From positions 3,112-67,111 of the forward strand of contig JAAEQR010000206.1 of assembly GCA_024231215.1 (NCBI GenBank): a stretch of 64,000 nt of DNA, read 5' to 3'. A model generated the notes under the pieces. That model was not told the DNA's origin, made no database searches, and was given only the letters and a program-made list of their open reading frames with translations. This stretch comes from PVC group bacterium (GTDB lineage: Bacteria; Omnitrophota; Gorgyraeia; B26-G9). This document shows, one piece after another, positions 8,880 through 19,750 of the stretch. Position 1 is the stretch's first letter; each line of letters opens with the position of its first letter. A program made the position numbers and the translations under genes.

Positions 8880-10934
8880 ATGCCAAACATAATGAGAGCA
8901 GATTTTAGAGCAATAAAATCATCTGATTTTCAACGTGTGCAACAAATCTTCAAAGAACGTGAGGACGCACGTATATACCACCAAAGCAGCATAGACAGAG
9001 GTTTGAGGGCGTGGCGGTATTATTTTGCCCTTTCCGGGTATCAGTGGCCTGAAAAAGAGCTTGCTGTCTTGAAGGATGAGGACAGGCTACCATATCAATA
9101 TGATGTTATCTCACCAAAAATTAACACTATGGCCGGTGCAATTATAACTGATATGCAGGAGCCTAATTGGGTTCCTATCGAAGGCGAAAAGACTACAACG
9201 ACTGAAGCGGTCATTGATTGCTTTAGCAGCGACAAAGAATTAACTAATTGGGATCCGGTTATGGTCCAATGTGTTCTTGGTGGGCTAATCCATGAGTCGT
9301 GGATACAAATGATTGAGACCACTGAGTATAACCCTAGTGGAAATATCGGCTTAGAATATATACGAGATGGCTCGTTGATTACTGATTCGTATTGGAAAAG
9401 TAATAGTGACAAACAACTTAAAAAAGCATGGAAAAGCCAGTATTTTACCGCTGAAGGCCTTGCACATAAATATGACAAAATGAGCGACAAGATAAGGCAG
9501 GCAATTGAGCAAGAAAAAAAAGGTGTTGACGGTGCGCCTACAGATGCTGTAGAACAAAGACAAAAGTTTGCCGGAAAAGTTGGAGCTGAATATGAAGTTA
9601 TAGAGGAAATGTGGCTTGAAATCATAAAAACAAAACGCTTGGTAGGCAGAAAAGAGGGTGAGTTTAAAAGGATTCCATTTCCTGTAACCGACAACCGCGA
9701 ATATTTGGAATTGTTTGCCGAACAAAACGGCATTGATTGGGAGACCGTAGACGCAGAGCCTTATAATGATATTGTATATCACGCAACTGCTATTTGTCCT
9801 TCATTAGATCCGCACATAATACTCAATGATGAAAAGCCGCGAATCCAAGTTAAGAGATTGCCTATATTTCTTTTTACCACAAAAAGGCATGATGGTAAAA
9901 ATAAAGGACTTGTAGAATCTATAATGGATTTGCAAACCACTCTAAACAAAAGAGTTAATTTAGAATCGGAGTTGATTGATAAAGCTAATGGGGGAATGAC
10001 GATATTAAATGAAGACCTTTTCGATGGTGATACCATAAAAGAAGCTGAACTTCAAAAAAACCTTAACAATCCAAAAAAATCAATGTTTGCTCGTTTTACA
10101 CCGGGGGTTCCGACCAGAGAAGAAATAACTCCAAAACAATACCCTTCACAGATTATGACACAAATTGAGTTAATGCTTAATACGTTGCTGCCTATTACAA
10201 GTGGCGTTTCTGATGCGTGGAGTTCTGAGAGTTCACAAGGTGAAAGCGGAGTCCTTTATGAGCGTAAAGTCCAAATGAATAAAATCGGGACTCTTATAAT
10301 GGACAAAGCTGTTAAGCAATTAATTAATAATCTTGGCGAGGCCTATTATTATCAATGGCAAATAACATACGCAAAACTACCGCGAGAAATAACAAAGCGC
10401 GGCGGAAAAGAGAAAATAATTTTAAACGAGAGTTTGCCGGATGGTTCCATAAAAAACTCTGTTGAGTATACGCCTCGATGCAGGGTAATAGTTACAGAAA
10501 ATTTGCAGTCTTCTACGCAACAATTAAGAAAAAGAACTATGGCAACTGAAATGCTACCACAAATTAACCCAGAAACAAACCAGCTTACATTTCAAAAGTT
10601 TTTGGGGATGTTGGTAAAAAATGTTGATGGATTGTCTGATGAAGAAAAAGATGAGTTTGAAGAGACTTTGAAACTTGAAGAAGCGGTTGCCATGACATCT
10701 AATATCAATTTAATATCACAAAATATAGCTGCAACGAGTGGCGCGAGAGTAGCAAATGAACAAAGTCAAATGATGTTGGCTAAGATGGGCAATGAGCCAG
10801 GGGCCGGACAGGTTCAAGAGCAGATTACGCCTCCAGGTGAGCAGGTTCAGGATGTGGTTACGCCACCACCTATACAGCAGCCACAAGAAGCAGCGGCGGC
10901 GACAAGCCCAGATACAGAAGAGGTAACAATTTAA
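8880..10934 (+). CDS. Portal protein (P22-like)
   Basis: 684 aa; GYQWP...RLP start, GLVESIMDLQTTLNKR, ESGV motif, Q/P-rich tail; first large gene of the head module. Confidence 0.85.
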   Translation: MPNIMRADFRAIKSSDFQRVQQIFKEREDARIYHQSSIDRGLRAWRYYFALSGYQWPEKELAVLKDEDRLPYQYDVISPKINTMAGAIITDMQEPNWVPIEGEKTTTTEAVIDCFSSDKELTNWDPVMVQCVLGGLIHESWIQMIETTEYNPSGNIGLEYIRDGSLITDSYWKSNSDKQLKKAWKSQYFTAEGLAHKYDKMSDKIRQAIEQEKKGVDGAPTDAVEQRQKFAGKVGAEYEVIEEMWLEIIKTKRLVGRKEGEFKRIPFPVTDNREYLELFAEQNGIDWETVDAEPYNDIVYHATAICPSLDPHIILNDEKPRIQVKRLPIFLFTTKRHDGKNKGLVESIMDLQTTLNKRVNLESELIDKANGGMTILNEDLFDGDTIKEAELQKNLNNPKKSMFARFTPGVPTREEITPKQYPSQIMTQIELMLNTLLPITSGVSDAWSSESSQGESGVLYERKVQMNKIGTLIMDKAVKQLINNLGEAYYYQWQITYAKLPREITKRGGKEKIILNESLPDGSIKNSVEYTPRCRVIVTENLQSSTQQLRKRTMATEMLPQINPETNQLTFQKFLGMLVKNVDGLSDEEKDEFEETLKLEEAVAMTSNINLISQNIAATSGARVANEQSQMMLAKMGNEPGAGQVQEQITPPGEQVQDVVTPPPIQQPQEAAAATSPDTEEVTI

Positions 10935-10947
10935 AAAGGATAGAAAT

Positions 10948-11292
10948 ATGAAAAAAGTAGATTTGTTTGAGAAATTGACCAAAAAACAGATGGTTGAATA
11001 TTACAAGGGCCTTCCTAAGCTTAGTGCGAACACAAAAGATAGTGGCGGCGAAGAGCTGAAAAAGCTAAAAGCAGAGAATGAAAAGCTTAAAGCCGACTAT
11101 GCACGATTAACGAATATGTATAATGAGTTGGGGTCTCAGGCAGATGACAAAGAAGTTGAATCTGTTAAAGAGGTTGGGAGTTTACGATTAAGTGATATTC
11201 ACGACGAAGATAAGTTAGTTGAAGAATTAAAAAAAGCTTGTGGAACAATTACAAAACTAAGAAAAAAATTGAAAAAAAGAAAAATTAAATAA
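10948..11292 (+). CDS. Hypothetical coiled-coil protein
   Basis: AAGGA SD; heptad-like segment. Confidence 0.6.
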   Translation: MKKVDLFEKLTKKQMVEYYKGLPKLSANTKDSGGEELKKLKAENEKLKADYARLTNMYNELGSQADDKEVESVKEVGSLRLSDIHDEDKLVEELKKACGTITKLRKKLKKRKIK

Positions 11293-11414
11293 ATCTGAAG
11301 TGGAGTTGGAAGAATAATCATACACCCCCGGCATTGACCGGAGATTGTTTGGAAGACAACACCCCCACAAAGAAAATTTAAACGAGGCTATAGAAAGCCG
11401 GAAAGAAGGAAAGA

Positions 11415-12764
11415 ATGGAATTTGGAAGCGAAGAAGAGAGATTGGTAGCTATTGACGAAATTGACTCAAGCAATCCAGAGGAAGAGGGGAAGCTTGATGA
11501 AATTATGAATGCAGATATTGTTGAGAAGAGAGCGGAAGAGGAAGCGGACGATCAAACCCCCGCACAATCTGAAGCTGAAACTCCAGCAGAGGAAACGCCA
11601 CCAGCAGAGGAAACGCCTGCGGCGGAAACTCCAGCAGAAGAAGCGCCGGTTGATCCCAAAACTTACACAATTTCAGAAGGTGATTTGCCTGAAGGTTATA
11701 ATACGCCTGGAAAAGCTTTCAAGACTTTGGGAGAACAGAAAGATCTTATTTCAAAGCAAGGCGAGAGAATTCAAAAGGACATAGAAAAGTATAGTACTCT
11801 TGAGGAAGAAAACAAAAGGCTTAGAGAACAAATAAATAAGCCTGTTGAAACACCGCAAGAACAAACGGGTTCGATTGATTCTAACAAAATAGTTGAAATA
11901 AGTGGCAAACTCAAAAAGGCCAGGGAGGAAGACCCATATTCTGTTGATGCTTTAAATCTGCAATTGGAACTTGAAAATGCACAGTTCCGGTATACGCAGC
12001 GAGTGGAGCAGGATGGCAGGAAGCAGTTTGATGAGTATAAAAATCTTCAAGAGCAAACAAAACAACAAGAAGAAAGAAATGCAGCAGTAGAAAGGGAATA
12101 TAAAGACATATCTGAATTTGCAAATGAGTACAAAAATGAGTTTGAGTTGTCGAGGCCAGCGAAAGAAGTAGACCGAGACTACCAGAATTGGGCGGAAAGT
12201 GTGGCAGCGCAATATTACAAAAAAAATACTAAGGATTGGAATGAAATAGGAGTGGCTTTGAAAAATTTAGAATTAGGCTCCCCCACCTTAGTAAATAATT
12301 GTAAGTCTGCCAATGTTCCAACCGAAGCGCCTACTCAGGATGTAGCTAATTATATCAAAATATGTGAGGTAATGGCTTACAGAGAAGGTGTTAGGACAAA
12401 CCAAGATGGTTCAACTTATCGATTAACAAGATATGATCCTGTATTAGGGAAAGATATACCTGATAGATTCCCAAATCTTAAAGCTGCGTTCGAAGATAGA
12501 AGGGTGAGGGGCGGCTATTATAAACAACAGGCTGCTGAAAAATTTGATGAAGGAGTTAAGGCACAGCGAGCGGCATCACAAAAAAGAGATACTAATGTAC
12601 TTAGTAACGATTCAGATGCAAAAGCTGGCGGTGCACGAACTTTGGCGCAAATTGATCAAGATATAAGAAATATATCTCCCACACCCGAAAACGAAGAAAA
12701 ATTAGATCAGCTTTTAGAAGAGGCAAGATCTTTTACTAAGAGCGCTCAAGGAAGCGTCAAATAA
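11415..12764 (+). CDS. Putative capsid scaffolding protein
   Basis: Acidic, ETPAEE repeats, helical; lies between portal and capsid. Confidence 0.7.
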   Translation: MEFGSEEERLVAIDEIDSSNPEEEGKLDEIMNADIVEKRAEEEADDQTPAQSEAETPAEETPPAEETPAAETPAEEAPVDPKTYTISEGDLPEGYNTPGKAFKTLGEQKDLISKQGERIQKDIEKYSTLEEENKRLREQINKPVETPQEQTGSIDSNKIVEISGKLKKAREEDPYSVDALNLQLELENAQFRYTQRVEQDGRKQFDEYKNLQEQTKQQEERNAAVEREYKDISEFANEYKNEFELSRPAKEVDRDYQNWAESVAAQYYKKNTKDWNEIGVALKNLELGSPTLVNNCKSANVPTEAPTQDVANYIKICEVMAYREGVRTNQDGSTYRLTRYDPVLGKDIPDRFPNLKAAFEDRRVRGGYYKQQAAEKFDEGVKAQRAASQKRDTNVLSNDSDAKAGGARTLAQIDQDIRNISPTPENEEKLDQLLEEARSFTKSAQGSVK

Positions 12765-12782
12765 TTATTAATTGAGGATATT

Positions 12783-14024
12783 ATGGGAGTATTAAATACA
12801 CCCCCGCAGTTAGCAAACGCTAGTTTGATTGCGGGATTTGATAAGAAATTGCAGATGAAATCTTCTCTACTGGATATATATGAGAATTCTTCTGGTATGT
12901 ATGTTATGGAGAATAAGAAAATACCAAATGCAATAAGAATGATGGTTGACCAGAAAGTGGCAGATAAAAATAATATAACCATTACCTTTACAGGTGAATT
13001 GCAAGGGTTAGGTATATATGACCTAACCAGGGCACGAGGGTTGGAAAGGTATCCGATAACAAAGTCTGTTACAGTATATAGAAATATTGTCAGGAAAGTT
13101 GTTGGTGAGCCTGGGTATGGCCCTGATGAGCTTGACGCAAAACCTTATGGTCTGTATGAACAGTGGATAGACCAGTTAGGTGAATGGAACAGGCAGCATC
13201 ACGGCTTAAGTCTTAGACAGTGTGTTTTGGAGCAATATGGCGAGTCTTTGCAATATGGAAGAACGGCAGCTTTTTGCCCACGCAATTGGACACCTAATAT
13301 TTTGGTTGCAGGCCGCTCGCTGAGAAATATGCAAGTACCTTACCAAACTAATAGGGCTACCTATACAACTAATATTGTTAATGCTATTTTTGCAAGTGGC
13401 GCAAACAGCCTAACTCCATTAGTTACTCAAACTCTAAATATGCCAAACCTATCCAACGCACAAAACGCATGTTTGGGTATGCGAATAGAGAAACTTTCAA
13501 TTCCTGGCTTTAGTGCCGGTGGTTGGATTTTAACTATGAGTGAGCTGCAGGCGACCTATTTAACTGATCCGGTTTGGAGCACTCGGAATTTAGGAAGTCA
13601 GTACATGCAGTTTAACGACTTAAATGAAAAAGTTCAGAACTGGTATGGCGTAATGGGCCGATACAAGGATTTTCTCTTGGTTCAAGATATTCTTCAGCCT
13701 ACGTTGATCATATCTGGAACTTCTGCTCCCTGGGGTATGACGGCAGGTTATATGTATCCTGGCACTGATGACGACAGGGAGAGAGACGATGATGACACCA
13801 GAGATACGGCAAATATCTTAGGAAAAGCAGCCGTTATTGATTGGAACCCTCAGAAACTGCATCACATTAGTGATGACGACGATTATAAAATTACTCTGGG
13901 TCACGGAACGTCTCTTGTAGAGGGTGTTTCGCAGCCTATTTACGATGATGAGGCGCCGCGTTTTGGTTCTCATGAGCAATACACGTCTGCTGTAATGATT
14001 TGTGGATTGCCGGATTATGTTTGA
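12783..14024 (+). CDS. Major capsid protein (N4 gp56-like)
   Basis: 413 aa directly after the scaffold, GAGG SD, followed by a terminator; ILGKAA and DDDDY C-terminal pattern resembles N4-type capsid proteins. Confidence 0.72.
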   Translation: MGVLNTPPQLANASLIAGFDKKLQMKSSLLDIYENSSGMYVMENKKIPNAIRMMVDQKVADKNNITITFTGELQGLGIYDLTRARGLERYPITKSVTVYRNIVRKVVGEPGYGPDELDAKPYGLYEQWIDQLGEWNRQHHGLSLRQCVLEQYGESLQYGRTAAFCPRNWTPNILVAGRSLRNMQVPYQTNRATYTTNIVNAIFASGANSLTPLVTQTLNMPNLSNAQNACLGMRIEKLSIPGFSAGGWILTMSELQATYLTDPVWSTRNLGSQYMQFNDLNEKVQNWYGVMGRYKDFLLVQDILQPTLIISGTSAPWGMTAGYMYPGTDDDRERDDDDTRDTANILGKAAVIDWNPQKLHHISDDDDYKITLGHGTSLVEGVSQPIYDDEAPRFGSHEQYTSAVMICGLPDYV

Positions 14025-14033
14025 TGTTTTGTT

Positions 14034-14056
14034 GGGGAGGGCTCGCCTCCCCTTTA
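14034..14056 (+). terminator. Intrinsic terminator after the capsid gene
   Basis: GGGGAGG-GCTCG-CCTCCCC-TTTT. Confidence 0.85.
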
Positions 14057-14081
14057 TTAACCTAAAAGGAAGGTATTAAAA

Positions 14082-14777
14082 ATGAGTGTTAGCTATGGAA
14101 ATGAAGCAGATGCAAAGTTTGAGAAAAGACAAAAAACTGCAATAAGAAGGAAAAGGAAGCATGTTAAATTGATTTTAGCGCCACATCAATCAGCAATGAA
14201 AAGGATAGCAGGCATTGAGTCTTTAAATGCTTTTGAGCGCTATGATAGAAAATCCAGCCAAAACACATGGGAATTTACAGAGACGGGGGCGGGACAAATC
14301 AGATGGGAAATAGACGAAAACGAAGAATATTCGACTTGGATACTATATAGTGAAAACAATAAAATGTTCCTTGCATCTCATTATTTGGCCAATATGTGGA
14401 TAATTGACGATCCTGTGATAGATAGGGAAATAAAAAAGCTTCATGAAAAAATGGCAAAAGGGATTAAGATAAAACAGGAATGTAGCTCAAGTTTGTTAGC
14501 TGAAATCAATGAGTTGACCGACGAATTAAAAGACAATGTCTCCGATAGAGAGGCGGCCCGAATACGCGCAAAGCTTTTGAGGCTAACAACCGAATTTCAA
14601 AAAGAGTGCGAGGGTGATGTCGTCGCCAAACCCTCAGATAGGTTGGGGTTTTTAAAGAGGCAGCTTAAAAGAGGTGGTTTATCCGAAACAAAAAGAACGG
14701 AATATGAGAGAGAGCTATCTCAACTAATTAATAAAAACGACAAAAAACCAGAAGAAAGCATTGTAACGGTAGAATGA
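14082..14777 (+). CDS. Hypothetical protein (head-tail region)
   Basis: SD present; position in the structural operon. Confidence 0.65.
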   Translation: MSVSYGNEADAKFEKRQKTAIRRKRKHVKLILAPHQSAMKRIAGIESLNAFERYDRKSSQNTWEFTETGAGQIRWEIDENEEYSTWILYSENNKMFLASHYLANMWIIDDPVIDREIKKLHEKMAKGIKIKQECSSSLLAEINELTDELKDNVSDREAARIRAKLLRLTTEFQKECEGDVVAKPSDRLGFLKRQLKRGGLSETKRTEYERELSQLINKNDKKPEESIVTVE

Positions 14778-15478
14778 ATACATATGAGTTTTTGAATTTA
14801 TTAGAGCTTAATACAGATGCAAATGGAATGCCTCGTGATGGGGATAATTCGTTGTTGTTTTTTACTAATCAGGCAATATCTTTATTAGGCCATTCACCAA
14901 CACAACAAAATATAGTTTTTGACGAAAATACTGGCCGCCTTCCTTTGTTAGCTACAAGGGAAGGCGTGTTTAGGTATGAAGCTCCAAATAATTATTGGAG
15001 AATAGAAGGGGTGCTGGTTGAATTTGGGGTACAGTGGAGCTTAGACAGTAGCGCTTTACCGACAACTGATTATGGAATATACACAAGAACCGGTGATGAA
15101 AACAAGGTAAAATATGTTACTATAGCTGGTGTAAAATATATAAGAATTCCATATATACGCTCACATAATGCAGGTGACAATAGTAATGCTTATATTGTTT
15201 TTACTATTGATCCGGGAACGACAGAAGAGATATACAGGTGGTTGGCTTACGAAATACCAACGGATGTATTATCAGATTCTATTCCATTGCCTATTGCACC
15301 GCCATATGATATGAGATTTCTGTTTCCTGCGACATTAGAATTGATACGAGGTTCTAAGTCTGGTGATATTTCAAAAGCTATAGAATATATAACAGAAAGA
15401 TTAAGTGTAAAATATAATAGAGAATTAAATAAAGGAGAACAGGGCGAGGACTCTGACACAGTTGATAGAGGGTTTTAA
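14774..15478 (+). CDS. Putative head-tail adaptor (tail tubular protein A-like)
   Basis: About 230 aa, helical ends around a beta core, directly before the nozzle-size gene. Confidence 0.55.
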   Translation: MNTYEFLNLLELNTDANGMPRDGDNSLLFFTNQAISLLGHSPTQQNIVFDENTGRLPLLATREGVFRYEAPNNYWRIEGVLVEFGVQWSLDSSALPTTDYGIYTRTGDENKVKYVTIAGVKYIRIPYIRSHNAGDNSNAYIVFTIDPGTTEEIYRWLAYEIPTDVLSDSIPLPIAPPYDMRFLFPATLELIRGSKSGDISKAIEYITERLSVKYNRELNKGEQGEDSDTVDRGF

Positions 15479-17634
15479 TGCGGAAATTGTTGTGTCCCAC
15501 TACAGACCAGACAGACAAAGTCGCCCAGGATGATAGGGTTGAGTATTTTGCTCATGGTATAATTAAAGATGCGCCAGCATCTAAAATACCAAAAGGCGCG
15601 CTGTCAGATGGTTTTAATATTAGTACTTATCCCTCAGAAATAATAGGTCGCACTGGATCAGAGTTATATACCACAGAAGAAATTCCAGCAATACCAAGCT
15701 ATACAGGAATAACAGCTTACAAAATCGGCAATAGAATTATTGCAATGACTCCAATCTTTTTGCGGTTGCATGTGTCTAATTACTTTGTCTGGCCTGTTGA
15801 TGAAGATAATTTCGAACATGATGAAATAATACAATATGTTTCCACAACTGAAGTAGTTACGAAATTGTCTGGTGACAGAGAATTAACTCCATTTTGTTAC
15901 ATTAGAGGAAAAAACAATCAATTTGGGTTTCACAAGCAACGAAAAAAATGGGTGCGACAATTTTGGCGGAAATATTATTATTCTGACATAGATATGGATG
16001 ATTTTGAAGAGTCTATAATAATATCAAGAGATGTTCCAGCTAATTCCAAAAGTCATTATCAAGATTTAGATGATAATGCAGCGGCTTCATTTAATAGCAA
16101 TGGAATATTTAAGATTAGTTTCAAAGAAAGCCCATCCATAGCATATAAAATTAATTGCCCTGTGCCAAACACACCTATAGCACCAAAGCCAAAAACAGGA
16201 AACAGTGAGCACTCTTATAGGTATTGGTATTCAGCGGCTATATTAAGCGGAAACGACGTATTAAGGTCAAGGCTGGATAAAATAAAGATAGAAAGTGAAA
16301 CCGGAACCAATGATGAGGACCTGGAAACAACTGATGCAGGATTAGATGAGTTATGGACAAATAATGTCATTTCAACCTCTAACCCCAATGTTGTTGGTCC
16401 GCTATGGGTGCCTATTGTGCCTAATACTGATCCCCAGGAATACCAGTGGCATTATTCACACTATCCAATTTATCGTACTTTAGATATTCAAGGACGTTTA
16501 GAAGATCCTTATTACCGGGAATACAATGACCCAAATAGAGCGGTTTGGGCGCATGATTTAAGAATATCGGGGGCCTTTTATGCATATAAAACAAGAGGGT
16601 TAATAATAGCTGAGGTTGGTTTTTTTGAGATTGCTGATGTAGGTAGTACAATAGAAGACGAAGAAGGCAATAGAGATGAAATACTTGAATACATTAGCTC
16701 AAGAGTAGTAAGATATATGGATGTGGGGGAATACGACTACTTAGAAGAATCGCCTTTAATGGCGTACGCTATTGGAAATGGTAGGGTTATAAGGGCAAGC
16801 CAATCCGGTAATTTGGTTACACGTACAAATGGTGATACTTTTACAAGTGCAGACGTAAGAAAAACCCTTCAATGGGCTAATGGCTATAGAAATTATATAG
16901 TTGAAATAATTTCTGGAAATGTGGTTAGAGTTAGTGATGAAGTAGATAAAGAAACACAAGGCGTGACACTTGACCCACGTTATAGATATTTTAATGATAC
17001 AGTTACAGACGATCAGTTAAAATCAAGATTGCCGTACCCTACCCTTCTTTTAAATCATAGATTTTGGCAGCCTCTGCCTAATTGTAATATAGGCGTTGTC
17101 TCAGACGGGTTTATGACGGTAGCAATTCGAAACCAAAACATATATTATTATAGCCAGATATCCCAGGGTCTGGAATATACGGTAGGGTTTTACCATCCAA
17201 CAATTCAACTATCACGAACAATAAAAGATGATATTCAACTGTTATGGGTTTTCCCAAATAATATAGTTGTATGGACATCAAACAAAACATATGCTATTCA
17301 AACTAATCAAGCGGACATAGTAGCGGTTCCTCACATAGGTGAAGCGGTGGCGACATTGCCAGGGGCACAAACTCTTGACGGAGACAAAGGGTGTTTCGAT
17401 TGGGGGAGTGTGCAAGACATTGGTAATGGTGAAGTTGTGTTGTTGACTTCAGAACCTGGATTAGTTGGAATAAGAATATTTAATGGTGTAACTTATGGTA
17501 ATAACAGAGCTTATATAGATGAGTTGGGAATGGGTAGATTGTCGAGATTATTAAACAGCATTCAGCATGCAACCACTGCTATATATAACGCTCATGACGG
17601 ATATTTGGTATGGGGGTATAGAGAAGATGATTGA
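15478..17634 (+). CDS. Putative tail nozzle/stabilisation protein (tubular B/P22 gp10-like)
   Basis: GII.DAP..IP.GA...N N-terminus; repeated F..ADV(G/R) inserts; GC...GSV C-terminal propeller pattern. Confidence 0.6.
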   Translation: MRKLLCPTTDQTDKVAQDDRVEYFAHGIIKDAPASKIPKGALSDGFNISTYPSEIIGRTGSELYTTEEIPAIPSYTGITAYKIGNRIIAMTPIFLRLHVSNYFVWPVDEDNFEHDEIIQYVSTTEVVTKLSGDRELTPFCYIRGKNNQFGFHKQRKKWVRQFWRKYYYSDIDMDDFEESIIISRDVPANSKSHYQDLDDNAAASFNSNGIFKISFKESPSIAYKINCPVPNTPIAPKPKTGNSEHSYRYWYSAAILSGNDVLRSRLDKIKIESETGTNDEDLETTDAGLDELWTNNVISTSNPNVVGPLWVPIVPNTDPQEYQWHYSHYPIYRTLDIQGRLEDPYYREYNDPNRAVWAHDLRISGAFYAYKTRGLIIAEVGFFEIADVGSTIEDEEGNRDEILEYISSRVVRYMDVGEYDYLEESPLMAYAIGNGRVIRASQSGNLVTRTNGDTFTSADVRKTLQWANGYRNYIVEIISGNVVRVSDEVDKETQGVTLDPRYRYFNDTVTDDQLKSRLPYPTLLLNHRFWQPLPNCNIGVVSDGFMTVAIRNQNIYYYSQISQGLEYTVGFYHPTIQLSRTIKDDIQLLWVFPNNIVVWTSNKTYAIQTNQADIVAVPHIGEAVATLPGAQTLDGDKGCFDWGSVQDIGNGEVVLLTSEPGLVGIRIFNGVTYGNNRAYIDELGMGRLSRLLNSIQHATTAIYNAHDGYLVWGYREDD

Positions 17635-17809
17635 CATTGAAATGTTTTTAGGAAATGCAACGGCAACACCTAGAGAGGGTGGTGCACCATTGGAAGTGCA
17701 GTTTGCGCCTGGAAACCCATATGATGTTATAATTGAAAAGACCAATGGTACTGAGTATATGATAGTAGAAAAAAGTGATTCAGATTATATAATAGTAGAA
17801 GGAAGGTAG
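17627..17809 (+). CDS. Small protein carrying the N-terminal strands of a PKD domain
   Basis: ATPREGGAPLEVQF matches the PKD start; ATG overlaps the nozzle stop region. Confidence 0.55.
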   Translation: MIDIEMFLGNATATPREGGAPLEVQFAPGNPYDVIIEKTNGTEYMIVEKSDSDYIIVEGR

Positions 17810-17812
17810 TGT

Positions 17813-19513
17813 ATGTCAGCAAATGAAATTGATATTCCTGTTGTTAGAAGGCATTTTTCAAACAGGGCAACTGGAGAAGCAGAAATTGAAGCAGGAATAA
17901 ACGGGACCGTATATAGGCAACAATGGATATATGCTGAAGATGACGATTATTTAGACATATTACGTTCCAATGGAAGCTGGAGAAGGATAGCGCCACATGC
18001 AGTATTAAGACCCGGCGGAACTGTTAGCGAGGTGCTTATTGCTGACGTGAATGATAATATAGGAATAAACACAACGCCAGATACTGAATGGGACCCTACA
18101 GCAAATGTAATACAGTTTGAGGAAGGCACCGGGGCTTATGCTGGTTCAGTAACTTCTATTAATGGCTCCATGTACTTGTGTCACAATTTGAGATATGACG
18201 ACACAGATAACAGATGGGAGCGGGGAGGCAATTCATGGGCTAACATGGTAATGATGACGGCTTCTAACGTCCAATTGTATGCGTTTGCAACTGGTGCTGC
18301 CGATAGTTTAGCAGACACAGCGGCCACTTCAACTAATGCACTAACTGTTTCTTCGGGTATTGGTACGTTTGTTAATCATAACGAAGGCGACCATAATTTC
18401 TCAGTTAATTACAACGGAGGAGGGGGAACACCTGCGTTTTATGTTGATGGTGGTACAGCTAATATAGGTATTAGAGATTTTCCAGATGCTGAATGGGACC
18501 CAAGCGCTTATGTAATACAATTTGGTGAAGGTGCCGGGACATATGGCGGGTCATTGGTTAGTATAAACGGCTCCATGTATTTGTCCCAAAACCTACGATA
18601 CGATGACACAGATAACCGGTGGGAGCGGGGAGGCAATTCATGGGCTAACATGGTAATGATGACGGCTTCTAATATACAACTGTATGCGTTTGCAACTGGT
18701 GCTGCCGACAGTGCGGCGGACACAGCGGCTGTTACAACAAATTCATTAACCGTTTCTTCTGCTGTCGGTACGTTAATAAATAGCAATGCAGGAGACCATG
18801 ATTTCTCAGTTAATTATAGTGGTGGCTCTGTGCCTTCTATTTTTGTAGAGGGTAGCACCGGGCTTGTTGGTAGTTTGACAGTAACACCATTTCTAGCCGT
18901 GGGTGGTGCTACCGGTGATTTTTATAGTGCTGGTGTCACATATGGAATGCATCTAAAAAGTGATACTGATGTTGGTGATCAGATTTATATGATTTTGGAG
19001 GGTGTTGGAGATGCTGCAAACGGAGCATCTGGTTTAAACGGGTGCCACTTGGTTTTTGCTACAAGAAATGGTGCCGCAAACCTGAAAATGTGTGAGTGGG
19101 TGTCAGGCGGTGGTTTGAGTATTTTCAGAGCATTAAATGATGATACGACAGTAAAGACGGCTGACATACTTGTTCTTGACTATGATGCTGGAAACGTAGG
19201 AATCGGAACACAAACCATTCAAGCGGCCTGTGTAAATAATTTAGCAATAAAAGAAGGGACGGCACCCGGCGGGGCTACTGCTGACCAAGGTTATATATGG
19301 GCACAGGATGACGGCGGAACCGCTGAAGTGTATGTGCAAGATGGAGCTGGAAACCAGCTTAAAATTAGTCCCCATAGTCAAGTAGGCGAGTGGGAATTTC
19401 AATGCAAAAACGTAAAAACAGGAAGAGTATTAAATATACAAATGGAACAACTGGTTAAATTTTTAGACAAGAAATTTGGAACGAAGTTTTTAACTGAATC
19501 ACAACCTTTATAA
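17813..19513 (+). CDS. Tail fibre/spike-like protein with a 135-aa internal duplication
   Basis: NIGI/GNVGIGT fibre motifs; C-terminal DGAGN..KISPH. Confidence 0.7.
   Translation: MSANEIDIPVVRRHFSNRATGEAEIEAGINGTVYRQQWIYAEDDDYLDILRSNGSWRRIAPHAVLRPGGTVSEVLIADVNDNIGINTTPDTEWDPTANVIQFEEGTGAYAGSVTSINGSMYLCHNLRYDDTDNRWERGGNSWANMVMMTASNVQLYAFATGAADSLADTAATSTNALTVSSGIGTFVNHNEGDHNFSVNYNGGGGTPAFYVDGGTANIGIRDFPDAEWDPSAYVIQFGEGAGTYGGSLVSINGSMYLSQNLRYDDTDNRWERGGNSWANMVMMTASNIQLYAFATGAADSAADTAAVTTNSLTVSSAVGTLINSNAGDHDFSVNYSGGSVPSIFVEGSTGLVGSLTVTPFLAVGGATGDFYSAGVTYGMHLKSDTDVGDQIYMILEGVGDAANGASGLNGCHLVFATRNGAANLKMCEWVSGGGLSIFRALNDDTTVKTADILVLDYDAGNVGIGTQTIQAACVNNLAIKEGTAPGGATADQGYIWAQDDGGTAEVYVQDGAGNQLKISPHSQVGEWEFQCKNVKTGRVLNIQMEQLVKFLDKKFGTKFLTESQPL
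18056..18865 (+). repeat. Tandem intragenic duplication, 405-bp unit
   Basis: Units start at 18056 and 18461; 53 identical nt at 18215-18267 and 18620-18672. Confidence 0.9.
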
Positions 19514-19531
19514 ACCCAATAGGAGGGAATA

Positions 19532-19750
19532 ATGAAAGACTCTAAGAGCAACAAAGCAAGTTTTGCAAAAAGCAAAGTAGCAGGTCAAAAGCCAGTAACA
19601 CCAGCGCAAAAAGGTACGATTGATTTATCGACAATTACGGATATAGACAAAATCAAGTCTATGATATTAGACATACTTGATCAAGTAAAATTGCTACAGC
19701 AACAAGAACAAATGCTTAGAAATAGGGCTGTACAATTGATGGGAAAATAA
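19532..19750 (+). CDS. Small coiled-coil protein (possible fibre chaperone)
   Basis: AGGAGG SD; follows a fibre gene; helical C-half. Confidence 0.55.
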   Translation: MKDSKSNKASFAKSKVAGQKPVTPAQKGTIDLSTITDIDKIKSMILDILDQVKLLQQQEQMLRNRAVQLMGK

